Shown here one piece after another: positions 9,058 through 18,301 of a DNA stretch of 26,057 nucleotides; positions within the stretch are counted from its first letter, which is position 1, and each line of letters starts with the position of its first letter. The DNA is taken from the NCBI GenBank assembly GCA_041562555.1, contig JBFEXS010000019.1, positions 1-26,057 of the forward strand. Reading direction: 5' to 3'. Made by a program: the position numbers and the translations under genes. This stretch comes from Sulfurimonadaceae bacterium (GTDB taxonomy: Bacteria > Campylobacterota > Campylobacteria > Campylobacterales > Sulfurimonadaceae). The notes under the pieces were generated by a model. That model did no database searches. It was not told the origin of the DNA and was given only the letters and a program-made list of their open reading frames with translations.

Positions 9058-9726
9058 TTATTGGTAGATCTCGACGATCGAATCAAAAGGGACGTAAGAT
9101 GAGCCCAGTTTGAGAAGGCTTTGTCCGTTTTCGAAACGTACAGACTCTATAGGGTAGGCACCGGCACGGGTCTTTAAGGTCTGACCGCTTGTGTTTGCAT
9201 AGGATGCCTCGATGTAATAGACACCGGAGTCTGCGACATTACCACCATCGGTGATACCGTTCCAGTCGAAGGAGTAGACTCCCCTATCATTTGGAGCGAT
9301 CGGAATGGTGCGTACAAGGTTTCCGTTGGCGTCTTTGATCTCTACGTTACCGGTGGCAATGGCCTCAGGAAAATAGATCTCAAAACTTGTATTGTTACCC
9401 TGTTCATAGATTAGCCCATTGCTGCCGGTATCTGCAATTTTTCCAATAGCGGATACGGTACTGAACTGGGTACTCGAAAGCAATGAAGCGGATAGTTGCT
9501 CAAGAGATTTATTGGTGTTCTCCGAAGACTCAAGGGTCGCGAGTTGCGAGGTCTGCGAAAGGATCTTCTCTGAGTCCATCGGTTCGGTAGGGTCTTGATA
9601 TTGTAGTTCCACCAAAAGAAGTTTCAAGAAATCATCTTTACCTAAAATACCGTTAGGGTTGGTTCCGGCAGGTGCGTCGATGAGATTGGTAGATGTCGCT
9701 GCTGAGCTTGTATTGGAGATTGGCAT
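9058..9726 (-). CDS. flgD: Flagellar hook capping protein FlgD
   Basis: LGKDDFLKLLLVELQYQDPTEPMD, SQLATLE, FDWNG. Confidence 0.95.
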   Translation of the reverse strand: MPISNTSSAATSTNLIDAPAGTNPNGILGKDDFLKLLLVELQYQDPTEPMDSEKILSQTSQLATLESSENTNKSLEQLSASLLSSTQFSTVSAIGKIADTGSNGLIYEQGNNTSFEIYFPEAIATGNVEIKDANGNLVRTIPIAPNDRGVYSFDWNGITDGGNVADSGVYYIEASYANTSGQTLKTRAGAYPIESVRFENGQSLLKLGSSYVPFDSIVEIYQ

Positions 9727-9743
9727 AATAAATCCTTTCTATG

Positions 9744-11024
9744 CTATATATATCGTGGAACAACAATTTCAAGAGCCGTTGCTACTTCATCAAACTCTTC
9801 TTGAATGTTTTCAAACTCTTGATAAGCTTCATATTGCTCATGGGCATGTTCATGCTTGTGCTGTTCATTATGTTGGTGCTGATGTGAAGAGAAGTTCATT
9901 TGAGCATCTCCCATCCCCTGTGTACTGAGTGCAGATTTCAGTTCATGGGCATTTTGCATCATCACGGTCAGTGCGGTTGTATTGGCATTGATATTGATGT
10001 GTACATTACTTCCCCGCTGGATGAGTGTGACATCCATCTCACCGAACTTCTGTGGATTAAGCTGCATCTTGATACGGGTGAAGGGAGGTTTATAGTTCTC
10101 AACGGCTTCCTTCATACTCTGTGCAACATGTTGGACAAGCTGCTTTGCTTCAGTGATCTTTTGCGTTAGTTGATCTGTCTTTGTGTGCTGTAGGATCTGG
10201 CTTTTATCACTTCCCTTTTCACCGTCAATTTTTCCACCCAGTTCATTTTCGCCGACTTTTTCGGAATTTTCACCGTGTAAGAGGGCATTTAACGATGCAT
10301 TGAAGAGTGACGGTTTAACTGTATTTGATGTTTCATGTACAGAGAATCTATTATCACCTCCCTGGATCAGGAGAGCTTCTTTGGTTTGATTCAGCAGGGC
10401 ATTGAGAGGTTTTTGACTCGATGCATCCTTGTTTGCTTTTATTTCAGAAGCGGGTTTGACCAGTTCACTGGTTGAATGAGGGATTGCCGATAATGAGGGC
10501 TTAAAGTTGTGAATAACCTGGCTAAGCTCTTCTTTTACAGCAGTTTGGGGAAGGGACTCAAAGCTTATGGCACGCACATCTATACCTGATTTTTCTGCAA
10601 GTTTGATCAATCCTCCAAGCGTATTCGGAAGCTCTTTCAAATCTATTTTTTGCGTTATCTGTTCTTTTAGAAAGGATTTTGCCTCACCGATGAGTTGTTG
10701 GAGGTTCTCTTTGAGCCCTTTTGCTGGAAAGGCTTTTATCAGATCAGTATGGATCTGTTCTTCATCGTTAGCCTCCTCATTTCCCAAAGAAAATAGTTTT
10801 CCAAGAGAAAGTTTAGTATCCGGACTTTCGTGCTTATCTTTCTTGTTGGAGTGGGTCAGTGCATCTATATTGCCAAACTTGAAGCCTTTTTCGACACCCT
10901 TATCCAGAGAGAAAGAGTCTAATAGAAGTGAGAACTTGTCACTTTTTTCTCCGGCTTTGAGTCCAAGAAGACCGGAAAGAAATCCTTTCGGACTCTCTGT
11001 CTTATCATTTGAGATACTAAGCAT
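9744..11024 (-). CDS. fliK: Flagellar hook-length control protein FliK
   Basis: C-terminal YKPPFTRIKMQLNPQKFGEMDVTL domain and terminal LEIVVPRYI; upstream of flgD; AAGGAG ahead of ATG 11024. Confidence 0.88.
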   Translation of the reverse strand: MLSISNDKTESPKGFLSGLLGLKAGEKSDKFSLLLDSFSLDKGVEKGFKFGNIDALTHSNKKDKHESPDTKLSLGKLFSLGNEEANDEEQIHTDLIKAFPAKGLKENLQQLIGEAKSFLKEQITQKIDLKELPNTLGGLIKLAEKSGIDVRAISFESLPQTAVKEELSQVIHNFKPSLSAIPHSTSELVKPASEIKANKDASSQKPLNALLNQTKEALLIQGGDNRFSVHETSNTVKPSLFNASLNALLHGENSEKVGENELGGKIDGEKGSDKSQILQHTKTDQLTQKITEAKQLVQHVAQSMKEAVENYKPPFTRIKMQLNPQKFGEMDVTLIQRGSNVHININANTTALTVMMQNAHELKSALSTQGMGDAQMNFSSHQHQHNEQHKHEHAHEQYEAYQEFENIQEEFDEVATALEIVVPRYI

Positions 11025-11100
11025 TCTTTCTCCTTTCTGCAACTAAGTGCCGACACTTCTTAAAAATTTGTTTGAGAAGTGGAATCTAGTGAAGGATAAA

Positions 11101-11118
11101 AAGCAATTATTATTCCAT
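11101..11118 (-). promoter_or_regulatory. sigma54 promoter of fliK-flgD-flgE-like operon
   Basis: Minus strand TGGAATAATAATTGCTT: GG-N10-GC. Confidence 0.8.
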
Positions 11119-11121
11119 TTT

Positions 11122-11508
11122 CTAATCTATGCTGTTATCTATTTTAAATTCTTTGTTGATCGTCCAAATGTGGATGGGATGTGTCCGGCTGACCTCTTTG
11201 AGGCGTTTGAGGTATTTTGACTCTTTATACTCATCTTCGATGATCAGTAAGACAGCAGCTTTACGGTTGGTCTTTTGGGCATAATAGAGTGATTGGCCTA
11301 TACTTTCTGCCCATTTTGCGGCAAAGTCCACCTCGATTGCATACTCATCCAGCAAGCAGTCTACACGGGTTCTGTCCTGAAGCATATATTCTGTTTGACC
11401 ACCGTATGTTTGGCAGAAGTGTTCTTGATATACTTTTTCCTTTTGAAGATGTTTTGCATTAAGACAGAGGCTAAGTATTGAAAGAAGGAGGAAAGGTCTA
11501 AACATCAT
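11122..11508 (-). CDS. Putative exported protein with PD-(D/E)XK nuclease-like motifs
   Basis: Signal-like MMFRPFLLLSILSLCLNA; RVDC...AIEVDF..KW...GQSLYY; start overlaps the end of the LMW-PTP gene. Confidence 0.7.
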   Translation of the reverse strand: MMFRPFLLLSILSLCLNAKHLQKEKVYQEHFCQTYGGQTEYMLQDRTRVDCLLDEYAIEVDFAAKWAESIGQSLYYAQKTNRKAAVLLIIEDEYKESKYLKRLKEVSRTHPIHIWTINKEFKIDNSID

Positions 11509-11944
11509 ATTTCTCTTGCAAGAGTTGACATACACAGCTCTCGATCATGTTGAAAACGGTATCGAAGCCTTCAAAACCGGGAAAGAAGTAGGGATCGGGA
11601 ACATCCTCATTATTGTATCCGAAGGACCCGAGTTTGATCAGATTGGATGCCCCCAGCTTTTCAAGATCATTGTAGTTGTTTTGATCCAATGCAACGATCA
11701 GCTCATAGGTAGTCAAGTCCTTTTGTGTGACCTGTCTTCCCCGTTGCATAGAGATATCGATGCCATTTTTTGAGGCTACTTTGATTGAATTCTCACAAGG
11801 AGGCTCACCGATATGCCAATCACCTGTCCCTGCAGAGTCAACTTTGATATCCAGGCCTTTTTCATGAATCAGCTTTTCTGTGATGCCCTGGGCGAGAGGG
11901 GAACGGCATATATTTCCTAGGCAGACAAATAAAATGGATTTCAT
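11498..11944 (-). CDS. Low molecular weight protein-tyrosine phosphatase
   Basis: ILFVCLGNICRSP P-loop, DSAGT, DVPDPY. Confidence 0.95.
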   Translation of the reverse strand: MKSILFVCLGNICRSPLAQGITEKLIHEKGLDIKVDSAGTGDWHIGEPPCENSIKVASKNGIDISMQRGRQVTQKDLTTYELIVALDQNNYNDLEKLGASNLIKLGSFGYNNEDVPDPYFFPGFEGFDTVFNMIESCVCQLLQEKYDV

Positions 11945-12029
11945 GAGGGTAGGACCTTTGTAATGTGGTGATGATAATAGCTTAAGCATATTTCAGACCA
12001 AGATTTGAGAGGAGAAAAGTCTTTTCTTG

Positions 12030-12434
12030 TCAAAAATGATAGCCGACAGCCTTTTTGCGTACTGCAGCCCAATAGACCCAGGAGATAAAAATGATATGCA
12101 AGGGTATACGTAGATAGATCAGAAGCGCAGAATGTTCTTTGAAATTATCCGGATGCAGGGCCATGTGAATATTAACAGGAAAGATTGCTATCAGCAGTAA
12201 GATAAGTCCATATCCTGCAATACGGCGTGTTTTGGCAAAAAGCAGACCCAAGGCACCGAGTATCTCAAAAAATCCTGCGATATTGGAAAGTTCATACTGA
12301 AAAGGAAGGTAAGGCGGCATGATTGAGACATAAAAATCAGGATGATTAAAATGGTTTAACCCTGCGATGAGGAAAAGCAGCATGAGAACAATTAGGCCGA
12401 TTTTTCGTAATAGGGTTAACGGTAAATTAAACAT
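12030..12434 (-). CDS. DoxX/MauE-like membrane protein
   Basis: AGLNHF..PDFY..IMPPYLP, GFFEILGALGL, FPVNIHMA; about 4 TM segments. Confidence 0.85.
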   Translation of the reverse strand: MFNLPLTLLRKIGLIVLMLLFLIAGLNHFNHPDFYVSIMPPYLPFQYELSNIAGFFEILGALGLLFAKTRRIAGYGLILLLIAIFPVNIHMALHPDNFKEHSALLIYLRIPLHIIFISWVYWAAVRKKAVGYHF

Positions 12435-12547
12435 AAACCCATTCTATATTAAGTTTTCTTATAAAAAAATATTAAATATCCTAATTTAATCTAAATTTTA
12501 ATTTAATTGAGAGATGATGTGGGCATGATGAAAACAGGAGTGCCTTT

Positions 12548-13474
12548 ATGCCACCATTAGATGATGATTTAAACAGTTTTTTAGATGATACAGATACCCC
12601 AAAGATGTCCACCGACAAACATGAGACTCCATTCAAGTCTTTGGTCAATCGTATTGAAACCCTACCCCCTTTGTCGGATACGGCACAAAAGATCTTAAAG
12701 CTTTATTCTCAAAATGAAGATGATGTCGATGTTCGTAAACTGGCACGATTGATTGAGGATGACACCTTGTTGACGGCAAATATCCTGGGGATGATCAATG
12801 ATCCCAAGTACGGATTTCAAAAGAAGATCACTTCTGTTTCTCAAGCCATTACATTGTTTGGTTCACGAATTATGAAGGGATTCATACTTTCGTTTGTGAT
12901 GAAAGAGCATATTCGTCCGGATATGGGTGTTTATGGAATGAGTAACGAGCGGTTTAATGATATGTGTCACCTTCAGTCCGCATTACTGTTCCAATGGTAT
13001 ATGGGTGTCGATATAAAACGTGCACAGATATTGGTACCCTTGGCTCTTATCATGGAAACGGGTAAGGTTATCTTCGCACAGGAGATGCGGGCAAGTGATT
13101 ATGCAAACTTGTTTACAGAGGAGATTTATCAGGCAAAGAGTGTGGAGGAAGTGGAAGATAAGTACGGAGGGACGACTTCTTATTATATTGGTGGGCTTCT
13201 TTTTGAGCATTGGAACTTTTCACCGAGGTATACACAGATACTCAAGGCACTTGATTATGCGGATGAGGCAGAGGATGTAGACGAGTTGGATCTGGACATA
13301 CTTGATGTTATTCGAACTGCTATCAATATCAAAGGTTTTCTGGACAAGGAAAATATGGAAAAGTCATTGGCTCTCGTCAAAGAACTGGGCATGGATGAAG
13401 CAAATTATATGAAAGCTGCTTTGCGTATTAAAAATGCCTATGATGCTGCCAAACAGATGAAGAACAAGGCTTAA
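12548..13474 (+). CDS. HDOD domain protein
   Basis: LPPLSDTA, IEDDTLLTANILGMIN..YGF, ISQAITLFG-like motif, GKV, FEHWNF; RBS AGGAG. Confidence 0.88.
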   Translation: MPPLDDDLNSFLDDTDTPKMSTDKHETPFKSLVNRIETLPPLSDTAQKILKLYSQNEDDVDVRKLARLIEDDTLLTANILGMINDPKYGFQKKITSVSQAITLFGSRIMKGFILSFVMKEHIRPDMGVYGMSNERFNDMCHLQSALLFQWYMGVDIKRAQILVPLALIMETGKVIFAQEMRASDYANLFTEEIYQAKSVEEVEDKYGGTTSYYIGGLLFEHWNFSPRYTQILKALDYADEAEDVDELDLDILDVIRTAINIKGFLDKENMEKSLALVKELGMDEANYMKAALRIKNAYDAAKQMKNKA

Positions 13475-13893
13475 TCGGCATCTTTTTTACAAAGGGCAAC
13501 TTGCACGAACCTTTCCTTGAGCTCCTTTGGAATAGCTCGTGGACGTTCGCCGTTATAATCTACCAAGACCCATATACTGCTTCCTACACAGAGTGTCTTG
13601 TCTCCCCGTTTGCATTCATAACGACGTGTTATCCGCACCGGTGTGACTTTCTCTATCCAGGTGCTGATTTCGATCACATCATCCTGATAAGCCGGTGCAC
13701 GATACTCGATGGTATGGGATGCGGCGACCCATGCCAGCCCCAACTCTTTACACACTTCCACACCCCATCCTAATTGATCGGCATGTTGTACGGCAGCTTC
13801 AATGAACCATTCAAGATAGCGCAGGTTATTCACATGACGGACGTAGTCTTCCGGCCTTTCATTGACGGTAAACAGATGTCTGTACAGGTTCAT
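13471..13893 (-). CDS. Acyl-CoA thioesterase (4HBT/hotdog fold)
   Basis: D..RHVNNLRYLEW, HTIEYRAPA, TWIE, WVLVD; ATG 13893 with GAGG upstream. Confidence 0.88.
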   Translation of the reverse strand: MNLYRHLFTVNERPEDYVRHVNNLRYLEWFIEAAVQHADQLGWGVEVCKELGLAWVAASHTIEYRAPAYQDDVIEISTWIEKVTPVRITRRYECKRGDKTLCVGSSIWVLVDYNGERPRAIPKELKERFVQVALCKKDAD

Positions 13894-13895
13894 AT

Positions 13896-14153
13896 CTACA
13901 TGGCCTCTTGGATAAATAGGAACACCAGGGCACTGAGGCCGATGTATGAACCCATTACAAGGCGAGGTTTGTAAAATCCATGGGGTGGATTCGGAAACCA
14001 TTTTTCAGCAAAATAATCCACTATGACAAAGAGGCTGAAACTCCATATATAGAAGAGCAAATAGTGCCAATATACAGTAGTTTGATCATAGCTTACTATG
14101 CTGCCAAGAAGAGATGAAAGAAGCCAAAAGCCCAAGCGTGTGAACGTTATCAT
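13896..14153 (-). CDS. Small membrane protein (85 aa)
   Basis: Three hydrophobic segments; abuts neighbours in an operon-like arrangement. Confidence 0.65.
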   Translation of the reverse strand: MITFTRLGFWLLSSLLGSIVSYDQTTVYWHYLLFYIWSFSLFVIVDYFAEKWFPNPPHGFYKPRLVMGSYIGLSALVFLFIQEAM

Positions 14154-14795
14154 CTATTCTCTTTGGACAATAACACGTATAACGAGTGCATCTCCCTGAT
14201 GTCCTTTTCCTTCATCCAGGGTGACGTCACACTCCTCAAGATAGTGTATCGTACACTCATCCATCGTAAAGATCGAACGCAAGGACTCAAGGGTATAGAG
14301 CAGTTCGGGCTTTTTAGGCCCTCCACTCGTACGTGGTATCTGATTGATCGAAAAAAATTCGCCAATAAAATATCCACCCTTATTCAGGCATTTGATGGCT
14401 TTTTGGAAAGCCTGAGTACGAAGGGGTTCTTCAAGATGAAGGTAGGAGCTTACAATGGCATCATAAGACTCAGTTGGATTCCACTGTTCCAGATCAAGGA
14501 GTTGCGCTTGAAAACTAACACCCTGTTTGTCTGCAAACATCAAGGCTTTGCTCATGCCTATGGCAGAGGCATCCAGCGCAGTGACATCATATCCATTGGA
14601 AGCGAGGTAGACGGCATTTCTACCCTCCCCCTCTCCAAGACACAGGATCTTTCCATCAGGTTTTATGGAAGCCTTTTCTTCTGAGCGTCCTTCTATCACA
14701 GATGCGATGAAGTGATTGGGCTCGAAACCATAAAAGTAACCTTCACGGGAAAACTTTTCATCCCAGATCTGACCTATTGTCTTGTTAGTTTCCAT
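14154..14795 (-). CDS. Class I SAM-dependent methyltransferase (TehB-like)
   Basis: WDEKF...YFYGFEPN, LCLGEGEGRNAVYLA, VTALD, SGGP. Confidence 0.9.
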   Translation of the reverse strand: METNKTIGQIWDEKFSREGYFYGFEPNHFIASVIEGRSEEKASIKPDGKILCLGEGEGRNAVYLASNGYDVTALDASAIGMSKALMFADKQGVSFQAQLLDLEQWNPTESYDAIVSSYLHLEEPLRTQAFQKAIKCLNKGGYFIGEFFSINQIPRTSGGPKKPELLYTLESLRSIFTMDECTIHYLEECDVTLDEGKGHQGDALVIRVIVQRE

Positions 14796-14816
14796 GACGA
14801 TATCTCATTGTATATT

Positions 14817-15458
14817 TTATTTTTGAACACCATCAAGGACGGGAACAAATACACACTCTTCAAGCTCTTCTGCCTGTAGGGAGTTTCCCACTTTGGTGAA
14901 ACGGGTAATGATCTGTTTACCGTTCTTTTCCATAGGTGCAACGAGGATCCCATCGGGTGCCAGCTGGTCGATGAGCTTTTGGGGTATGTGTGTAGCTGAG
15001 GCGGAAAAGAGGATACGGTCATAGGGCGCATATTGTATCCAGCCGCTTTGGCCATCATCGGTGCGGGTATGAATGTTACTGAGATTGAGGTTTCTAAAGC
15101 GCTGCTTGGCTTCAAGCATAAGGGGTTCAATACGTTCAACAGTGAATACACGCCTAAACAGTTTAGAGAGTATGGCCGCCTGATATCCGCTTCCGCAGCC
15201 TATCTCTAAAACGGAGTCAGCGCCCTGGGGATAGAGGTATTCGCTCATCTTGGCAACGGTTAGGGGTGATGAGATCCATTGGTTTGCTCCAATTGGCAAG
15301 GCATCAAGCTTATAGGCATTGTGACGAAAACCGGTAGGTACGAATGCTTCTCTGTTACTGAGGCTTATCGCTCTTTTTACCGCTTCACTAAGGGCAAATC
15401 TTTTGTTTATCTCTTCGGCAAGTTTGGCATTTTTCATTGCCGTCATTCTCTCAATCAT
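14817..15458 (-). CDS. pcm: Protein-L-isoaspartate O-methyltransferase
   Basis: REAFVP, ALPIGANQWISSP, VLEIGCGSGYQAA, APYDRI, FVPV. Confidence 0.95.
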   Translation of the reverse strand: MIERMTAMKNAKLAEEINKRFALSEAVKRAISLSNREAFVPTGFRHNAYKLDALPIGANQWISSPLTVAKMSEYLYPQGADSVLEIGCGSGYQAAILSKLFRRVFTVERIEPLMLEAKQRFRNLNLSNIHTRTDDGQSGWIQYAPYDRILFSASATHIPQKLIDQLAPDGILVAPMEKNGKQIITRFTKVGNSLQAEELEECVFVPVLDGVQK

Positions 15459-16183
15459 CTAATTCCCACATTCAAATAGCGTCGCATACGGCGAATCTCT
15501 TGTTTATCATATGGCAAGAGCAAGCAAGAATTATTCCCATTGTACTCTGCCTCACCGAAGGGAGAGATGATACCGCTTTGTGCAGTGCACTCCTCATTGC
15601 TAGCGTCTGAGGCAAGGACATAACATTGATTGATGACCGCAAGAGCCTGCGTGAGGACCTTAAAGTTGTCACTGCGCAATTTTCCCCACCGGGCAGGGAC
15701 AAGAATGATATCGGCACCCTCAAGGTCTTGCCAATACTGTTTAAAACGCAGTTCAAAACAGATTAACACTCCAAAGGTGATACCATCTATCTTAAAAGGA
15801 TAGAGTTTCTCATCGGGACCCTGTGTGAAGTATTCATGTTCATCTCCAAGTCTGAAGAGCTTGTTTTTTGTTTGTTGATGGACAATGCGTTTACCGTGGA
15901 ACACAAGGGCAACATTAAGAAAGGCACCTTGCTTATCTTTATGGATGAGAGTAAGGCAGATGATACGTTGATCTGACAGGGGCAGGAGAGTGTTGACAGC
16001 TTTGTCATAAAAGGAGGCGGCCTCATCAAAATGTTCATAATCAAAATCCGTTAAGCATACTTCAGGAGCAAGAACGATACTGTCTTCGGGAGTCTGCTCG
16101 ATCAAAGATAGAAGGAGTGTGAGATTATGGTCATAGTCTTTTGTGGTTTCAAATTGAAGCGTTGCCAGATAGCGCTGTGTCAT
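15455..16183 (-). CDS. Carbon-nitrogen hydrolase (nitrilase family)
   Basis: Catalytic E-K-C motifs APEV, K..LF..GDE, ICFELRF; SGIISPFG. Confidence 0.9.
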   Translation of the reverse strand: MTQRYLATLQFETTKDYDHNLTLLLSLIEQTPEDSIVLAPEVCLTDFDYEHFDEAASFYDKAVNTLLPLSDQRIICLTLIHKDKQGAFLNVALVFHGKRIVHQQTKNKLFRLGDEHEYFTQGPDEKLYPFKIDGITFGVLICFELRFKQYWQDLEGADIILVPARWGKLRSDNFKVLTQALAVINQCYVLASDASNEECTAQSGIISPFGEAEYNGNNSCLLLPYDKQEIRRMRRYLNVGIR

Positions 16184-16211
16184 GGGACAGACTTAGAAAG
16201 TGGGATGATGA

Positions 16212-17231
16212 CTAGAAGTCATCAAAATCCAGAGAACCTTTGGAATAGTTTGTAACAGTTCCTTCAAAGAAGTTTGTTTTTTGGTCATTAAACTTCGCAA
16301 AGTCGTCTACCCACTTAATCGGATGATCCACATTATAGAGTTTTTCAAATCCGACGGCAGTCAGCCTGCTGTCTGCTAGGTATTTGATGTACTGCTCAAG
16401 GATATTATCCGTAAGACCAAGGATCTGTCCCTGAGTGATATATTGTCCCCATTGAACTTCGAGTTCTACCGCACTCTCAAACATGGCATAGACATCATCT
16501 TTCAATGCTTGGGTGAAAAGATCCGGACGCTCACGTTTAAGCGTGTTGATAATATTTTGAAAGAGGGTAAGGTGGGTTACCTCATCCCGCTGGATGAAAC
16601 GGATCATCTGTGCCGAACCAAGCATCTTCCCGGCACGGGCAAGGGTATAAATATAAGCGAATCCCGAGTAGAAGTATATTCCCTCAAGGATCTGGTTGGC
16701 AAAACAGGCCTTAAGGAAGTTCGTCTCACTTGGGTTTTTGGTCAATTCTGTAAAAACGGCAGCAATCGCATCATTCTTATGCTTGAGCTTCATATCCGAA
16801 CGCCACAGATTATAGATCTCATCCGTGTTTTGAGAAATAGAATCAACCATAACCGCATAGGATTGGGAGTGAAGTGCCTCTTCAAAAGATTGACGTACCA
16901 GGATGAGGTTGATCTCCGGAGAGGTAACATAAGGGTTCACATTATCAATAAGATTATTGGTTTGCAGTGAGTCCATAAAGATCAGTTGAGAGAGAGCCTT
17001 GTCGTATGCTTTTTTCTCAATCTCAGTGAGGTTTTTGTAATCCAGGGCATCTCGGGTCATGTCGACCTCTTTTGGAAACCATGTATTGTTTAACATCATC
17101 TCCCAGAGGTTGTAGGCCCATTGGTATTTAATATTATTTAATTCAAATATCCCTGTAGGGTTTCCACCGAATATCTGTCGATCGTTTACGTGTTCATTGG
17201 ATTCGGGATTATAGATTTTTTTTCTATTCAT
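16212..17231 (-). CDS. nrdB: Class Ia ribonucleotide reductase beta subunit
   Basis: [15 protein letters not shown] (radical Tyr), [20 protein letters not shown]...NY. Confidence 0.96.
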   Translation of the reverse strand: MNRKKIYNPESNEHVNDRQIFGGNPTGIFELNNIKYQWAYNLWEMMLNNTWFPKEVDMTRDALDYKNLTEIEKKAYDKALSQLIFMDSLQTNNLIDNVNPYVTSPEINLILVRQSFEEALHSQSYAVMVDSISQNTDEIYNLWRSDMKLKHKNDAIAAVFTELTKNPSETNFLKACFANQILEGIYFYSGFAYIYTLARAGKMLGSAQMIRFIQRDEVTHLTLFQNIINTLKRERPDLFTQALKDDVYAMFESAVELEVQWGQYITQGQILGLTDNILEQYIKYLADSRLTAVGFEKLYNVDHPIKWVDDFAKFNDQKTNFFEGTVTNYSKGSLDFDDF

Positions 17232-17403
17232 TGCAGCAGTCTTTCATGAAAAGTTATGCGAAATTTCTATTCGCCATTCGTTGAAAAATTATACATATCT
17301 ATATTCTTTTTTGAGCTTAAAAAGCAAAAGAATTTTGCTTTTTTTTGCTACACTCTAGGCACAGAAAAACACATCCCCCTATTCTTAGGCTCAGAGGCAT
17401 TTT

Positions 17404-18279
17404 ATGATGAAAAAATATAGTTACCTTTTGTCACTTTTATGTGTATTCACACTCTCTTTGGAAGCGAAATCTTTACTTTATAAGGTCAGTTCAAAGACAT
17501 CGACAGTGTATATCCTTGGTTCCATCCATCTTGCCAAACCGGAGCTCTATCCTCTGGCCCGAGAGATAGAAGATGCTTATAATAGAAGTGATGTTTTAGT
17601 CGTCGAATTGGACCCCTCTTCGACGGAGTCGATGCAGAGTATAAAAAGGGCGATGTCACATTTGGGCAGGTATCCTTATGGGCAGTCTCTTAAGAGTGAA
17701 TTATCACCCAAAACATATGCACTTCTGCAGACATATGTCGGTAAAACGGGGATCAGGCCTGAGGTGCTTGAACAGATGCGTCCTTGGGTGATTATGTTGC
17801 AGTTGAGTGTAATGGAGATGATGCGTCTGGGTTACTCTCCGGAGTTAGGAATCGATCAGCATTTTTTAACAAGGGCGCAAAGAGATGGAAAAACTCTATA
17901 TGAACTTGAGACAGCACAGGAACAGATGTCGTTGTTAAGCAGGGATGATAAGCATTTTCAAGATATGCTGTTGCGATATACACTCGAGTCTATGCATGAG
18001 ATGGAACCGATGCTTGAAGAGATGTTTGAAGGCTGGCAAGAAGGGGATGCAAAGGCCTTTGATAAGATCATGACACAGTCACTTACAACAGACCCCGAAC
18101 TTAGAGAAATCTATGATGCTCTCATCATCAGACGTAATTATAAGATGACACGGAAGATTCAGGAGTTTTTGAAAACAGATACAGACTATTTCATTGTTGT
18201 CGGCGCAGGTCATGTCGTTGGTGAAGAAGGGATTGTCTCCCTTCTTAATGAAAAAGGATATCAGCTCAGTCAAGAGTAA
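17404..18279 (+). CDS. TraB/GumN family protein
   Basis: Signal peptide; YILGSIH, GID, LETAQEQ, RN..M, VVGAGHVVG. Confidence 0.92.
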   Translation: MMKKYSYLLSLLCVFTLSLEAKSLLYKVSSKTSTVYILGSIHLAKPELYPLAREIEDAYNRSDVLVVELDPSSTESMQSIKRAMSHLGRYPYGQSLKSELSPKTYALLQTYVGKTGIRPEVLEQMRPWVIMLQLSVMEMMRLGYSPELGIDQHFLTRAQRDGKTLYELETAQEQMSLLSRDDKHFQDMLLRYTLESMHEMEPMLEEMFEGWQEGDAKAFDKIMTQSLTTDPELREIYDALIIRRNYKMTRKIQEFLKTDTDYFIVVGAGHVVGEEGIVSLLNEKGYQLSQE

Positions 18280-18301
18280 ATGTCGGTAGGTGGTAGCATT
18301 G

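Noticed and set aside
9830..9900. His/Gln-rich stretch in FliK (HQHQHNEQHKHEHAHEQ)
   Set aside because: A low-complexity polar tail after the FliK C-domain is common; no evidence for a separate function
5898..11046. Many + strand ORFs (up to 173 aa) antisense to flgE, flgD and fliK
   Set aside because: Antisense shadows of strongly supported genes; no recognisable motifs
13471..13474. Convergent genes sharing TTAA stop codons (also 2371-2374)
   Set aside because: Common in compact AT-rich genomes; no sign of a target-site duplication
16212..17231. nrdB without adjacent nrdA, or a possible unusual RNR subclass
   Set aside because: Split nrdA/nrdB is common in this phylum; metal ligands and radical Tyr are all present
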